A stretch of 49,354 nt of DNA, counting the filler, from Catajapyx aquilonaris (Eukaryota): assembly GCA_000934665.2 (NCBI GenBank). It is 2 parts of 2 records of this genome, joined end to end, with 100 filler letters (N's around TTAATTAATTAA, not from the genome) between each part and the next. Parts side by side here need not be neighbours in the genome. Positions count along the whole stretch, not along the records: positions 1 to 24,579 come from JYFJ02005485.1; 1 more part is not named here. One strand, given 5' to 3'. The notes beneath the pieces were generated by a model. The model saw only the letters and a program-made list of their open reading frames with translations, made no database searches and was not told the origin of the DNA. Of this stretch, positions 1-12,541 are shown one piece after another. Position numbers and translations under genes: made by a program. Positions within the stretch are counted from its first letter, which is position 1; each line of letters opens with the position of its first letter.

Positions 1-498
1 GGGGGGGGGGCGCAGAACAGTTGGCCGGCTGCCAATTCACTCGCGGACTATTGGTCCAGCGCGTACAATTGGCTCACGACATATATATACTGTATAGTCA
101 TTATTATGCTATTTGTAACGATACCGTAATAATAATGCATGGGCGCCCTGGAGGAGCGCCATGCTCCAATGGAAAGCATTGTTTCATTGCAGGGGTTGTC
201 GGTTGTTGGTTGTCATTTACTCAAGCAAGTAACGGATGTGGTGTCACAGTCAAAATCTGTAAAGTGTCGAGCTATCGATTTTTTTTTGGCTAACGTGGCG
301 TGGACTGAACCAAATGAGCAAGTTTCACTAATACTATACTTTCCTCATTATATTATAATGATTTTGTAAGGCCTTCTCTGATATGGAGTTGGGTATGGAT
401 GAAGGGGAATCACTCTGGACGCGTCTTAATCACTCTTCCAGTTCCAGGCAGTTGAGTGAACAGTGAACAGAAGAGAGACCCACTCCCCAGCTAGCAAC

Positions 499-891
499 AT
501 GATGCAAGTGGGAAGATTCCAGTGCCCCTGCTGCCCAGACAAGGTGTTCACCAGGAAGATGGACCTGTTTGTACACAGCACCACCCACTCCAAATGGGAC
601 AGGGTCAAGGTGGAGCCAGAGGAGGAGGAACAGGAGGTGAGGGCCACAATCACCTTCACCAAGGAGGAGATGGACAAGCGAGGTTGGGAAGGAATCAGAT
701 GGGCTCTGAAGGTCAAGGAGGAGCCAAGGGAGGAGGAGGAGGAGGAGGAAGAGGGCAACTGCAGCCAGGAAGGCGACTCTGCTGGTGCAGCGGAAGAGGA
801 GGATGGCAGGGAAAGACATGATGCTGATACTGGTTCAGCCGGGGAGAAGGAAGCAGATGGTGGAACTGTACACAAGAGGAGTCAAAACCAG
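499..891 (+). CDS. C2H2 zinc-finger gene A, first coding exon: isolated atypical finger plus acidic linker
   Basis: ATG at 499 follows a pyrimidine-rich acceptor (cttccagttccag). Encodes FQCPCCPDKVFTRKMDLFVHSTTHSKWD and an E-rich tract. Ends at a phase-0 donor CAG|GTGAGA (GT at 892). Confidence 0.8.
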
Positions 892-1859
892 GTGAGAAAG
901 CAGATTGGACATGTTCGCATATTATGGAGGGAGAACTCGGGTGCCAAACGTAAAATGTCAACAGGTTTAAGAATCTTCAGGGATCTGTCCATGCATCCCC
1001 TTGTTTCCCGTAATGTATTGTTAGGCCTATCACACTAAAAGGTGACACTCTGTGTTTTCATAGCTGTGGCGTGGTGAAAATCCAATTTTGAATTTTCGAC
1101 TTTTTGAAGTGGTCAGATAATGTTCCAACAACATTCTGTATATTTTTTTTTTAATGGCAATGGTAAATCATGCTTTATTTTGTGAATCATGCGCTATTCA
1201 TTGAAACCGATTTTCAACAAAATCGTTCTTGCACAGGGATGTGCCGGTGTCACCATGGCTAATTTGTCCTGTTTCCACACCTCATGCAGCAACAATTAGA
1301 ATTAATATTAATTTTAACGTAAAATACCAGTAGCCTACATGATTTTAAACATAGGCTGGAGGAGCATCTAAAATATAGGCATTTTCCCATGTTCAAAAAT
1401 AGTGGCGCAGTGGCTTCGGTCTCCAGGACTGCCTCAGTGTCCTTCTCTTTCAGTATGGCAACGGGAAGAGGGCGACATGGGGCAGGAACATGGCCAGCCA
1501 TTTTGAAATCCTGCGGTTATATATTTTATGTGTGCGAAGCACTGGGTTACAGGGCCACTTGTTGGAGGCATGGAGAGTCTTGCATCAATACTCCAAGCGG
1601 AATTGAGTTGTTTATTTGCCAAAATGGAATGTCATGGGCACACTTCATGTTACATTTTTGAGATAATTTGAGGGGTGTGGGGGGAAAACAAGATAACTGA
1701 CAAAGGAGTAATTTTTCAGGAGAGCGAATTTAAGTTTGCACTCTTGTCACAAATCAGCATAATACCTCAACTTGTAACACTGGGTTTTATTATATTTCCT
1801 GACATTCTGTCTTGTTGTCCATAACTTTGGAACACTTATTCCTGTAATTAATGGATATA

Positions 1860-3594
1860 CAGGGTGTAACAAAAGATTCCGCCGCTACTTCCGCCTTGAT
1901 GACTCATGGATGACGTAATCGTAGGTTTTAAATTCCATATTTCACCATCGGCTCGTGTTAATAGCCATGTGCCTCATATATAATTCGAACCGCATTGAAA
2001 GGCCGCTCCCGCCAGATCCACTGCGCAGCTCCCATAGTCTAGGCCGTGCGTAGCATAACAGCTATAACTATATTTCTGAGGCTACTTGGGATTCATAAAA
2101 AACGTAGCGGTGAATTTCACGGGTCCAAAGAGCGATTTTACGCAAAATATTGCTTAGAAACAAATCTAATTATTAATTCCTAAATTCCCATAATAATTGG
2201 GCTAAGCTTCATACAATCTCTAGCACTGCGCAAAGATTCTTTTCCAATATAGCCACCTTGTAGCCAGCGGAAGATGGCTTCATACGATAAAGTCCGACAA
2301 AGCACTCGAGCATGTGATTTTTGTGGTGAATTCTACTGGTTTTTCTTGTGAATATGTCGAAAACCGCGTTCCTTTAGGACTGATCTAGATTCTTTGCAAA
2401 AAAACAAAAATTTTAAAGTGAGTGTCCGTAAATCATGGACACGTCGCGTCGGGGAGAGGGTTAATAATTTTTAAATTAACATAAGGTGTATATATGTGTA
2501 TAGTAAAACTTCTACGTATAGCCTAAGTCGAATCTCCAGGACCGGAAAAAAACTTCGAGTTATAGAAGATTCTAGTTAGAGAAGTTTGGCATATTTAACG
2601 CACATAACTCTATAAGGAAGCCTACCTTTGTATCCAGCGACGACAGGTGTTCAATACTTAAAAATAACTGTCACTATCACACAATGTTCCTCGCTGTTTT
2701 GTTGCAAAAAAAAACTCCCTTTGGTCATTTGCCTATACGCTTAGATTCAAGGATTCAATTGTCAAAATCGAGTCAAACACTTCTTTCGGTACGTCAGATA
2801 GACGGAGATCAGGACATTGAAGCCTGCCTTTCTGTACATGTGGCCTACTCTCGACCATTTGGCTGGGAAATGAGAAAATTTCGCCAACATGAACTTCGAC
2901 TTAGGGAGACAGCAAAAAGTGCATTGATACTGATCCCATCATAAGGCCCTGCCTGCACTTCGAGTTACGGTCATGGAGAACTTCGAGTTATAGAAATTCG
3001 AGTTAGGGAAGTTTATTTCCTATTATTTTACATTGTGACCAACCAAGCTCATTATTTTATTCCACTTATAGAGAACTTCGACTTAGGAAAGTTCGACTTA
3101 TAGAAGTTTTACTGAGTTCAACATGTATTCAAACAGGGAAGGATGTAAGGTGTGTTAATATAGTCAGTATGCATACCATTTTTCTCTCCAAAGACTGAGC
3201 TACACCTCTTCCCAAAGACCCAAACTGTCCACAAGTGTGAATGTACATCTCGTGTGACAGTTGTTGCTAATTCCTGGTCAACTCTCTTATTAACTGGTCG
3301 TGATTTTTTGGCCTGGCTTGCTTACAGACACTTGATCTTACACCTGGCCCACAATTATCAGACATTGAGAACGAAAGCACTTGCAAGGAATCTTCATGAC
3401 AGACAACACTTGCATTGCACACCTCTCATGAGCACAAAAGCAGAGTCAGTGAGGAATGGACGAGAAAATGAGTCACACAGGGGGTTATTACTTATGAGAG
3501 TTCAATATCTACATAAAAGTGACAGGTAACTTTTAAAGACTGAGAATTTCCTTTGTATAATATTGACTGGGACAGAAACCTTTGTTACACCCTG
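1860..3594. mobile_element. Tc1/mariner-type TIR pair enclosing nested insertions (intron of gene A)
   Basis: TA|CAGGGTGTAACAAA at 1858 and TTTGTTACACCCTG|TA ending at 3596. The two ends could belong to separate insertions. Confidence 0.45.
2501..3114. mobile_element. pogo/Tigger-like MITE
   Basis: Ends TAGTAAAACTTCTA ... TAGAAGTTTTACTG, with many internal TTCGA(G/C)TTA subrepeats. A matching fragment (tcgccaacatgaacttcgacttagggagac) lies near 17117-17160. Confidence 0.7.
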
Positions 3595-4307
3595 TATTAA
3601 ATGGAAGAATACGAAGCGTATAAAAATAGGGGCAGTTATCATGTTTTTCCATATGAAAAAGTGCCTGAAAATATGGCATGTTGGTTATCATCCAGCCCGT
3701 GTTGCCGTCTATAGTGCAGTGCATGATATGTGAACTTTGAGTATACCAAAATGTTTGTCATGTCTTTTACAGAGTTTAGTTCAAAAATGACAAAAATGTC
3801 AGATATCATGTTTTTCCACCACACCCCTCATTTTAGGTAAGAATAATTCAAACCGTCGATGTCGTATGACGACCAACAACTGTGCAGCAGAACGTTCACT
3901 TTTTAGATTGTTTTTTTTTATAAATATCAACTTCGCAGGATAATGTGGCAGCAGGGTTTGAAGTAGCTTTTACTCATGTGTCTGGATAATACCATTGACT
4001 TTTGAACAGAAACTCGTGGCATTCATCAGAAAATGGCGACATTAACTGTACCTGTCAGTAGACAACAACTCAGTAGGTGGCGAAGCAGGCCACAGAGACA
4101 AAAACCTATCAGTACTACGTAAATGCACCAAATGACAAATGTCGGAGAGGATGTGGATGAAGGACACCTGATGGCCCACCCCAAGTGGAATGTCCCAGTA
4201 ATAATATTTCACGTCATGCATTCCTAATTCCAAAATTTTCCCTTCAATAAACCTGCATTTACCTACTGTATATCAAGAATTAATAAGGTCACATTTACCA
4301 ATTTCAG

Positions 4308-5213
4308 AGAGAAGATTCTGAAAAGAAGATGGCGAATGGGATCCAGCCAGACATGGACAAAGGGAGACACTTGGAGGGGAATGCTTGTCAGGGGACATTT
4401 AGTGTCAGGAATGAGTTGAAGAGTCAAAAGGAAATTAATTGCAAAGACAAGCCATTCAGATGCCAGGTTTGCAAGAAGAACTTTAGGCGGTCAGGACATT
4501 TGAATGTACACATGAGGGTTCACACAGGGGACAGGCCATTCACGTGCCAGGTTTGCAATAGAAAGTTTAAACAATCATATGCTCTGACCATACACTCGAT
4601 GATCCGCACAGGCGAGAAGCCATTCACTTGCCAGGTTTGCAATAGAAAGTTTAAACCATCATCTGCTCTGACCAGACACTCGAGGACCCACACAGGCGAG
4701 AAGCCATTCACTTGCCAGGTTTGCAATAGAAAGTTTAATCGATCATCTGCTCTGACCATACACTCGAGGACCCACACAGGCGAGAAGCCATTCACTTGCC
4801 AGGTTTGCAATAGAAAGTTTAAACAATCATCTGCTCTGACCAGACACTCGAGGACCCACACAGGCGAGAAGCCATTCACTTGCCAGGTTTGCAATAGAAA
4901 GTTTAAACATTCATATGCTCTGACCATACACTCGATGATCCACACAGGCGAGAAGCCATTCACTTGCCAGGTTTGCAATAGAAAGTTTAAACAATCATCT
5001 ACTCTGACCAGACACTCGAGGACCCACACAGGCGAGAAGCCATTCACTTGCCAGGTTTGCAAGAAAACCTTTACTCAGACAGGAACTTTGAATTCACACA
5101 TGAGAACTCACACAGGAGAGAAGCCATTCACCTGCCAGGTTTGCAGTAAAAGGTTTGCTCACTCAGCAGGTTTGAAATATCACGAGAGAACACAGCACAC
5201 AAAAGAGAAGTGA
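4308..5213 (+). CDS. C2H2 zinc-finger gene A, terminal exon with 9 tandem Kruppel-type fingers
   Basis: Acceptor atttcag| at 4307 gives phase-0 REDSEKK, in frame with ORF 4329-5213. Nine CxxC-x12-H-x3/4-H units with TGEKP/TGDRP linkers; finger 2 has its last His changed to Arg. TGA at 5211-5213. Confidence 0.92.
   Translation, partial: REDSEKKMANGIQPDMDKGRHLEGNACQGTFSVRNELKSQKEINCKDKPFRCQVCKKNFRRSGHLNVHMRVHTGDRPFTCQVCNRKFKQSYALTIHSMIRTGEKPFTCQVCNRKFKPSSALTRHSRTHTGEKPFTCQVCNRKFNRSSALTIHSRTHTGEKPFTCQVCNRKFKQSSALTRHSRTHTGEKPFTCQVCNRKFKHSYALTIHSMIHTGEKPFTCQVCNRKFKQSSTLTRHSRTHTGEKPFTCQVCKKTFTQTGTLNSHMRTHTGEKPFTCQVCSKRFAHSAGLKYHERTQHTKEK
4521..5060 (+). repeat. 84-bp coding minisatellite (near-identical zinc-finger units)
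   Basis: cacacaggcgagaagccattcacttgccaggtttgcaatagaaagttt recurs every 84 bp. Confidence 0.95.
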
Positions 5214-5701
5214 TTTTGGTGTTTAAGATCTCATTCAAAAGGATGTACATTAGTCCAGTTATTAAACACACCACATCATCTAGAATGGCGACAATGGAAT
5301 TCAGCTACATGTAGTAAAACAAAATAATGACATAGAGAAAGTAACCGCGGCCATCTTTTATTCGAATTGAAAGACCGGCTGTGTGAGCGGCCATGAAACT
5401 AGAGGGAAAGAATTGAGGGAAGTTTTGCAACTAATTTTAAAATGAGGATTTGCTGGGACAACAAGTTAATATACTCAACAAATATTTAACTAACTATTTT
5501 AGTATTCGGATTTGGCATGTCAAAATCAATAGAGGATTCATCGCACGTCATTCGTTCATTTGTTCACTCATTTGACCCTATCCGCCAAGGTCAGGTCTAC
5601 CGGCCAGTAACCGTACGATTTACATTTAGAAATTAGTTCCCTTAAAAAACTACCAAAACCCCTAAATTCTGACAAGTAGCCTACAAGCAACCACACGCCG
5701 C

Positions 5702-5754
5702 CATGACACTGGAGGAATCAACAGACCTGGTCTGTTGATTCCTCCAGTGTCATG
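5702..5754. repeat. perfect 26-bp-arm palindrome with 1-nt spacer
   Basis: catgacactggaggaatcaacagacc-t-ggtctgttgattcctccagtgtcatg. Confidence 0.95.
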
Positions 5755-7409
5755 ACGGCCCCCTGTGGCCAAAGGGTTTTTCGGCTTCATGTTGATGGGG
5801 CTAGCGGCATTGGGCCGAGCGGTCTACCTTCACTACGTCATTGAGTAAAACCCTTTAACGCAACTGTACTAAATAATTCTGCCACTGGTTGAGAATCTTG
5901 CTGCCTAATCTATTATTTAGAACTAGTATTGTTGAATTGTAAGCAGAATAGTTGGGGCTTTTATAAGTGTCTGTAGAGCAATTTAGATGTATTTATAAAA
6001 AATAGAATCGTCCATTATACACGTGCAGAGTGCAGATATGTGGCAGAACGAGAACTTGGAGAGTCTGTTGTAAAAATAAAAATAAAAAAAAGTGCTGAAG
6101 TGAGAAGAAAAAGTACCCTACTCAAACTAAGCAATTTCAAAATCATTTTAAATTGATTAATTTAAAATTTTGATTTCTACTCTGGTCCTACCAGTGGAAA
6201 TTTATTGAAGGTGAGAGACTCGCTCTAAAAATAACATGCAAGCTTTTATAATGCACTATTATGCAATCAATATTTTGGTAAATTTAGTACTTTTATTGTT
6301 AGCAAACTGTAGGCCACGCTTTATTAGAAAAGTTTATTAAAATTATGTTGGCGGAAAAAATAGTTGTGCATCGATTTCTGTAAAAATGGTATATGAATTG
6401 TATATGAAAATAAAATAATTTCAGAAAAAAGTAGATAATTGGGTCACAGTTTTTTAGACACTAACTTCGAACTCGCATACATAAAATTGGTATTTCTATC
6501 AGTTCACTACAGTTACTCATATTAAATTTCTTATTCAATGAAAATCAATTAACAGGTGCGCAATTTATTTATTGAGAATCAGTTCTTGTCATATAAGTTA
6601 TGTGGATTTTCCAGAAAAGTTAGTTGCAATTTGCAAGTTTAAGTTTAACAATCATCAAGAATAAGGTCCAGTACAGGACGCGAGGAAGCGTTGTGACCTT
6701 GAACTGGAATTCGGGATTCGACGTGGTCAAGTGCTACACACTACCTAACCTACCTACGTGCATAACAACTTTCATTATTACCGAAGCACAACTGAGCATA
6801 ATCATGATTGATGTTCAGCAATTAATTTTGTATTTATTATTTTGCATCTTATAAAAATTATTAAGACGTGGGTGATGCATTTTTGTGGGGGGGATCTTTG
6901 ACTTTTCCCTTTAGACATTCCCAATCTGAACTGGCGTTATCAGCAGGAGATTGCAAACTGTTTTTCGCACCATTCCTCTCCTGGCCCAGTCGCGGTCAAG
7001 TCGTGGTCAAGTCGTGTGTTCACCTGCAGCCGTGGCATCATACGAGTACTTCAAGTTGACACGTCATGCACTGTGTAAGTATACAGCATGCATTGGCCCT
7101 TGTGCCAATTAGGGGGAAGAAGTCGCTTAATTTAAAATAAAAACATGCGCCTTTTAATCTGCTCATCGGACCATTTTGACTTTTTGAGAGTCCATGGGAT
7201 AAAACTTCCATATTCAATCACTGAAGGTCTTAAATTTGTGTAACTTGTGCTTGTAATATTTTGCAATCTTACCAGCATTTTTATTTCATTATCTGAGCTG
7301 AAACTCCCAAAAACATTCCACGGAAATGTCAACCTGACACTATTTTTTAAAATGTCACAATGGATGGATAGTTACAATGTGCAACAATCGTCCATGGTCA
7401 TTTTGTGAA

Positions 7410-7572
7410 CTCCCCCGGGTGGTTTAGTCTATTGGAAATACCACCCGAGACGAAGCCAGAGATGACCCCGAACTCTGCACGAGATGAAGGGGGTGTCCCC
7501 GGGCTGGGATCGAACCCGGGACCTTAACATCCGTGGGCGCATACTTTACCGCAGCGCCACTTCATCTCCCCT
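7410..7572 (-). mobile_element. tRNA-derived SINE fragment
   Basis: The minus strand has an A-box-like gtggcgctgcgg and a B-box GGGTTCGATCCC. No TSD found; the left boundary is approximate. Confidence 0.6.
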
Positions 7573-7826
7573 CACACTGCATTATTTTGTCGATTTGATT
7601 AGTCAGTTGCTGGCTATTCCTCTGAGGAACTGACAGTTGGTTGAGTCAATTTCTGTACGTAATTTTAAGTGACTTCATGAAGTGGTTGATGAGCATTATT
7701 TTACAAATCACGTTCTTCTTTTCAGATGCATTGCAATTATCCTTGAGACGTTGATGGTACGACCCTTCAACAACTGCGGACATCTAGTGCTGCTGACTTC
7801 AGAGGAATCTTCTATTCACACAGCCC

Positions 7827-7827
<1 letters not shown>

Positions 7828-7899
<72 letters not shown>
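7828..7899. repeat. (ATC)n microsatellite
   Basis: Uninterrupted atc run. Confidence 0.98.
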
Positions 7900-7900
<1 letters not shown>

Positions 7901-9339
7901 GTCGGGTGTCAACAAATCATCTGGACAAGACAGCAAATGTTATGCTGCATTTTACATTCAATTTTAATAGGACTGGTGCTGTGTGCTATGCAATGCAAGC
8001 AACTCTTTCTGTATGACTGGTATGCCCCGGTCATTAAATATTGCAGATCAGAGTCTTTTCGTTGCTCCTGTTAGCAAAAGTTAGAAGGAAATTGAATTTT
8101 GGATGCTTTCTGGTGAGGAAGGATATAAAAATATGATCCTGGAAGGCATTTTGCAATAATATTGTTAGTGGTTATGAAATGGCTGGTAATATTCGACCGA
8201 ATTAAATCATATTTTGTCCAACCTGTGAATTTCAATTAACTTGATATTGGAACAATTAATTATTGGCATCCTGCAAGAGTGCAAGGTGTGATGTCCATGC
8301 AATTGAATATTAACAGCTAATTCTTTTGATAACCACAAAGGATAAGTTTAATAACTATAAAATAAGCAGCTTGCGGTTAAGCCACGCACATTATTTCTTA
8401 CAGCCAGTATGCATTGTACAAAAATAGAAATAAAGGTATTTCCACAGTAATGTTCTTCTGACTGCTGATTTTTTGCAGGATCTTCAAAATAACTTGTGTG
8501 TTAGGCTGCTTGTTCCTTTCCAGGATGTGCAACACCGTGACGTGCAATAAAGATGTCCACAATAATTATAGTTCCTCTTCTGATTGCTACTCCATCTTTT
8601 CCAGGATGTACAAAACAGTTGTGCTTCAGGATGCCCAACAATCTAAAAAGGATAATTATTTTGGTAAGACTTACAATTTTAGGAGTAGAGGGAGAATTTC
8701 ATTGTGATTACTTTTCACAATGAATTTGACTGGAAATGCCGGAGGCTACATGTAACTTATTAACTTTCAAACACCAACTTAAGGCATTATTCGATCAGTC
8801 ACCACAATGCTGTTGAACCATCGTCTCAGAAATTAATGTTATTAGCAGACTACAAATTCCTGTTACTTCAAATCCTGTAAAATTATCATCACTTGACGCA
8901 ATCAAGATCTCAGTAATTGCCAAAATAATTTCAACATAATCACTTCTCCAGATGAGTCAAAGAACCCTTCCTTTGACTTAATTGGCGAATTTAATTCGCT
9001 GGTGAACTGAAAAATAATAATGAACTGACGCAAGGCAGCAAATAATTGTGAATAAAAAGCAATGGATTCAGGTATGACTGCTATTGAAATAATCTGCAAA
9101 TTTCTCCCCGCTATGTTTTGGCCCAAGGAATACACGCTGCGTCATACTGATGAAAAACACCCTGTATATTAATTTGATCGTTAGCAAACTGATATTTTGA
9201 TGCCAAAATGGCAGTACATGTGATAATATAGCTCCTGCCTCAGCATCCCATAAATTCTTGAAATCTCCCCATCATAATGTATTCAGCCTTATAGATTACA
9301 GTAGTACTGGGATCACACAAGGAAACCTAATACAACTGA

Positions 9340-9391
<52 letters not shown>
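9340..9391. repeat. (CAT)n microsatellite
   Basis: Uninterrupted cat run. Confidence 0.98.
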
Positions 9392-9392
<1 letters not shown>

Positions 9393-9699
9393 GTGCCACC
9401 AGCAATAATAAATTAATAATGCTTGTGACAAAATAAACACAAGCTTTCAAATTAACTGGTAGAATATTTCTCCCATAATTGCTGGAAAATAACATACGAG
9501 CGTAATTGTGGCACAAAGTGGCATAATAACTTTTAAAATATGTACTTTACTTCCAACCCATAGATAATACAATATATTGCATCAGAAAAATCATTGCAAC
9601 AAAAAAATTCAGCATTAAAAGACGTGATTAACCAATACCACTGCAATTATGAGTCTCTCCTTCACCTTCGACTGAAAATGTCCCTGGACTGTAACTCGA

Positions 9700-10448
9700 C
9701 AATGCTCAATTCTTTTTGAAATGGTTTACAAGCCTGTGCTGTCAACAATATTGTGGGCAGTGATAATTATACACCATTCATTTCAAGATGGAATTCATTT
9801 TCGAATTAACTATTTTAGATGAAATGTATGGAATGGAAATGAAGGCAATTAGGAAAAGGATTGGGGAGGATATATTGATGGAAAACAAATAGGACTGGAG
9901 AAAAAGTTGTTCGCATGCAATGATGCAAACTACTGATTTCACTACTGATTCTACAGAAAGTAAGTGGTAAAGAACAAGGAAAGAATGATGATATCCACAT
10001 ACAAAGTTTTTACTTATTCCTCTGACCATATAAATGACTAGCAAGTATGAAAGTGGAGTCAACCACAGCAGATTCAGAGTTCTCAAACCTAATGCCCAGG
10101 TATCATCGGAATGTCCTGATCTTTATAACCACAATGATGTACAGTTCTGGTCATATATCGAGGCAACTGCCAGCGACATTTTCCGAAGCGGCAGAAGAAG
10201 GAATCGAAGATAAGCATACTTCAAGCATGGGCGAGCAAGATTCCTTCTTCTGCCGCTTCGGAAAATGTCGCTGGAAGTTGCCTCGATATATGACCAGAAC
10301 TGTACTTCCCATTAAGGTCCCTAAGATGAAAGATGTAGAATCATTGCTGAAGTGTCTCACAGACGATAACGCAGCATACATTGCATCCAAGATGTTTCCT
10401 GGACCACCACAACATGATGACGAGGAACCAGAACCTGACTCTGAATGA
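9700..10448 (+). pseudogene. decayed DNA-transposase C-terminus (Sola1-like), interrupted by a MITE
   Basis: Removing the MITE at 10142-10302 restores LYNHNDVLPIKVPKMKDVESLLKCL, which resembles the LY..LPI...K..DL..LL terminal motif. The start coordinate is approximate. Confidence 0.45.
10142..10302. mobile_element. 161-bp hairpin MITE with TA TSD (Tc1/mariner/pogo type)
   Basis: 64-bp inverted arms (10142-10205 / 10239-10302) with one mismatch, flanked by TA on both sides. Confidence 0.9.
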
Positions 10449-10464
10449 CTGATTGAACGAGGAT

Positions 10465-10684
10465 GGGGAGGCACGGTGGCCGAGATGGTAACGTCTCGGC
10501 TTGCTATGCGAAAGGTGACAAAGGTCCCAGGTTCAAATCCCCAAACCCTTACCCCATTTCCTAGTATTCCTTGCACCGGAGTTCCAAGAAAAATACAATA
10601 GAAAGCTGTATGGTGGTCTGCCACCCCCCTATAACGACCAAGTGTTGTATCACGGGGTAAATAAAAAAATAAAAAATAAAAAAT
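10465..10684 (+). mobile_element. tRNA-derived SINE, family 1 (internally deleted copy)
   Basis: Head ggtggccgagatggtaacgtctcggcttgcta...ggttcaaatcc, A-rich tail, and TSD ATTGAACGAGGAT at 10452-10464 and 10685-10697. Confidence 0.9.
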
Positions 10685-11943
10685 ATTGAACGAGGATGTT
10701 TCTGTGCTGTTTGTATAAAAATATAATGGCAATAAGTGTGAAGATTTTCCTTGGAACCACATGGGAGTTTTGAATGGTCCTAAGTCCAGACACTTTCATC
10801 TGTTATGTCAAACATTTCCCACAACATAGCAACGTTTTACAGTGACTGTACAATGACTGCCAACAACAGCTATTCATTTATGTATTCAACTTTATTGTAC
10901 CGTATATAAATAATCATTAGGTCTACACAGTTTTTCTCTGTTTCCCAACAATGTGCTCTTCTGGACTTAGGCCCTTTCTATTCTCCTCGCTTCATTTAGA
11001 TACATGTGTGCGAGTGCATGCGAGTAGAGGCGGTAGAGTTTGTGAATTTCTGTTCACATAATAAATCGGGGTTTTTTAAAATTGCAAAGGTATGGGTATG
11101 TTGAGGGGGGCAAATGCACATTTCCCAGCCAATGCAAAGGTGGGATTGCAGATTGGTCGCAGGATATGTGAATGCACGGAGGAAAGGGTGAGGGTGGGGG
11201 GTTTGAATATGATTGGCATCATCACTGGCAATAAGTCCGAAGCGATTGAAAATATGGTGGGCACTGTAGGCTGCGGGCCTAGAAGCGAGTGGTTTTCTAG
11301 ACCAGCAATTTTAAAATGAGTTTAAAATGTGAAGAGAGTGCAAACTTCAATTCGCTCTCCAGAAAAATTACACTTTTGTGGGTCATCACATTTTTCCACC
11401 ACACCCCTCATTTTCTGGAACGTAACATCTGTTTGGCACAGACTGTCGCAATAGCTCGAATGTAATTTACTTCCCAGCCATAATCTCAACAGAAAAAATT
11501 AGCATCGAGAGACCGAATTTTTATCTAATTTTACTCCTAAACTACAGCTCTCCTACAAATTTCCTCCGTATCCTCCCATCAAGTACAGTATATACGTATA
11601 ATCAGTTTAATGAGAGAGCCTATTGTTGTCCTGAACATTCCTGCCAAACAACTTGGGACAGCAGCAGCACAAAGGTGCAGTACATGATGCTCACCATGGG
11701 TGTTGTGTTGCAAAAAACCTAGTCGAACAACAACCAAGATGAGTTTGACGCATCATCTGATTGGAGACGTGCGTGTGTAACCTGTGAGAGAATATACAGT
11801 TAGAAATTGTGTAAACAGAAACTACGATATCAAAGATGGTGTCCGAACCAACCCTGTGAAAATATTAATATGTAAGGGCAGGTGGGTTGTAACAGGAAAA
11901 AGAGAGAGCAGAATGTCATACAGGAAGGCAAAGGGGGCAGGAA

Positions 11944-12541
11944 GGCCTGTCCGCACCAAAGAGTGCCACCGATTTTTATAAGTTGGAACCAAAAGATGCA
12001 GGGTTGGCCCTTGTTAGTTCCACTTGTACCACTGCTCCTGCCCTCCCCTGCTTCTCACTCTTCCTATCGCATATGCTTCCAAACAGGAGGCCTATCCGAT
12101 TGCACAGGATTCCAGTTTGGAAGCATACTCTGTAGGAAGAGTGAGTAGATGGCGGCAGGGGGCAGGAGCACTGGTATAAATGGAACCAACGAGGCCCAAC
12201 CCTACACTTTTAATAGTCACTCGTTTTGGGTCCAACTTATCAAATCGGTGGCCACTTCAGCCTGAATGTCTCAAAATATACATACAGTTGCATCGCAACA
12301 TTTTCCCAACGCTGTTACGCGCACACACGCAATTGTTTCTTCTCTCTTTGTCTTCGATGCATCTATCTTATACACTGAATTTGTCTCTAAAAATTGGGTT
12401 AACCCCAGATTAATTCAGTGAGTAATTGTCACGCTTCATTAAGGCACTAGCACTAGTGGCCTCTCTGGTGGGTGTTTAGTACTCCATGTCAAAGTACTAT
12501 ACCCTTGGTACTACTACTGCCCTCTTTGGTGCGGACAGACC
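11944..12541. mobile_element. nested foldback/MITE elements
   Basis: Outer TIR ggcctgtccgcaccaaagag / ctctttggtgcggacagacc (19/20 match). Inner long imperfect hairpin about 11965-12252, including cagggttggccc...ggcccaaccct. Confidence 0.7.

Noticed and set aside
892..1038. C-terminal part of ORF 463-1038
   Set aside because: Read-through into the intron past the GTGAGA donor.
3329..3525. Possible extra exon of gene A (ttacag|...gacag|gtaact)
   Set aside because: Open only in phase 2 and has stops in phase 0, so it is incompatible with the flanking phase-0 exons.
4520..5062. 180-aa repetitive minus-strand ORF
   Set aside because: Antisense shadow of the zinc-finger array.
7682..8074. Poly-Ser ORF (likewise poly-Met 9313, poly-Leu/Asn 16068, poly-His/Tyr 46247)
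   Set aside because: Produced by trinucleotide microsatellites.
10465..10555. tRNA gene (also near 14614, 31180, 20330 and 7500)
   Set aside because: No complete cloverleaf. Each continues into a SINE-like body, and all but the 7500 copy have a tail and TSD.
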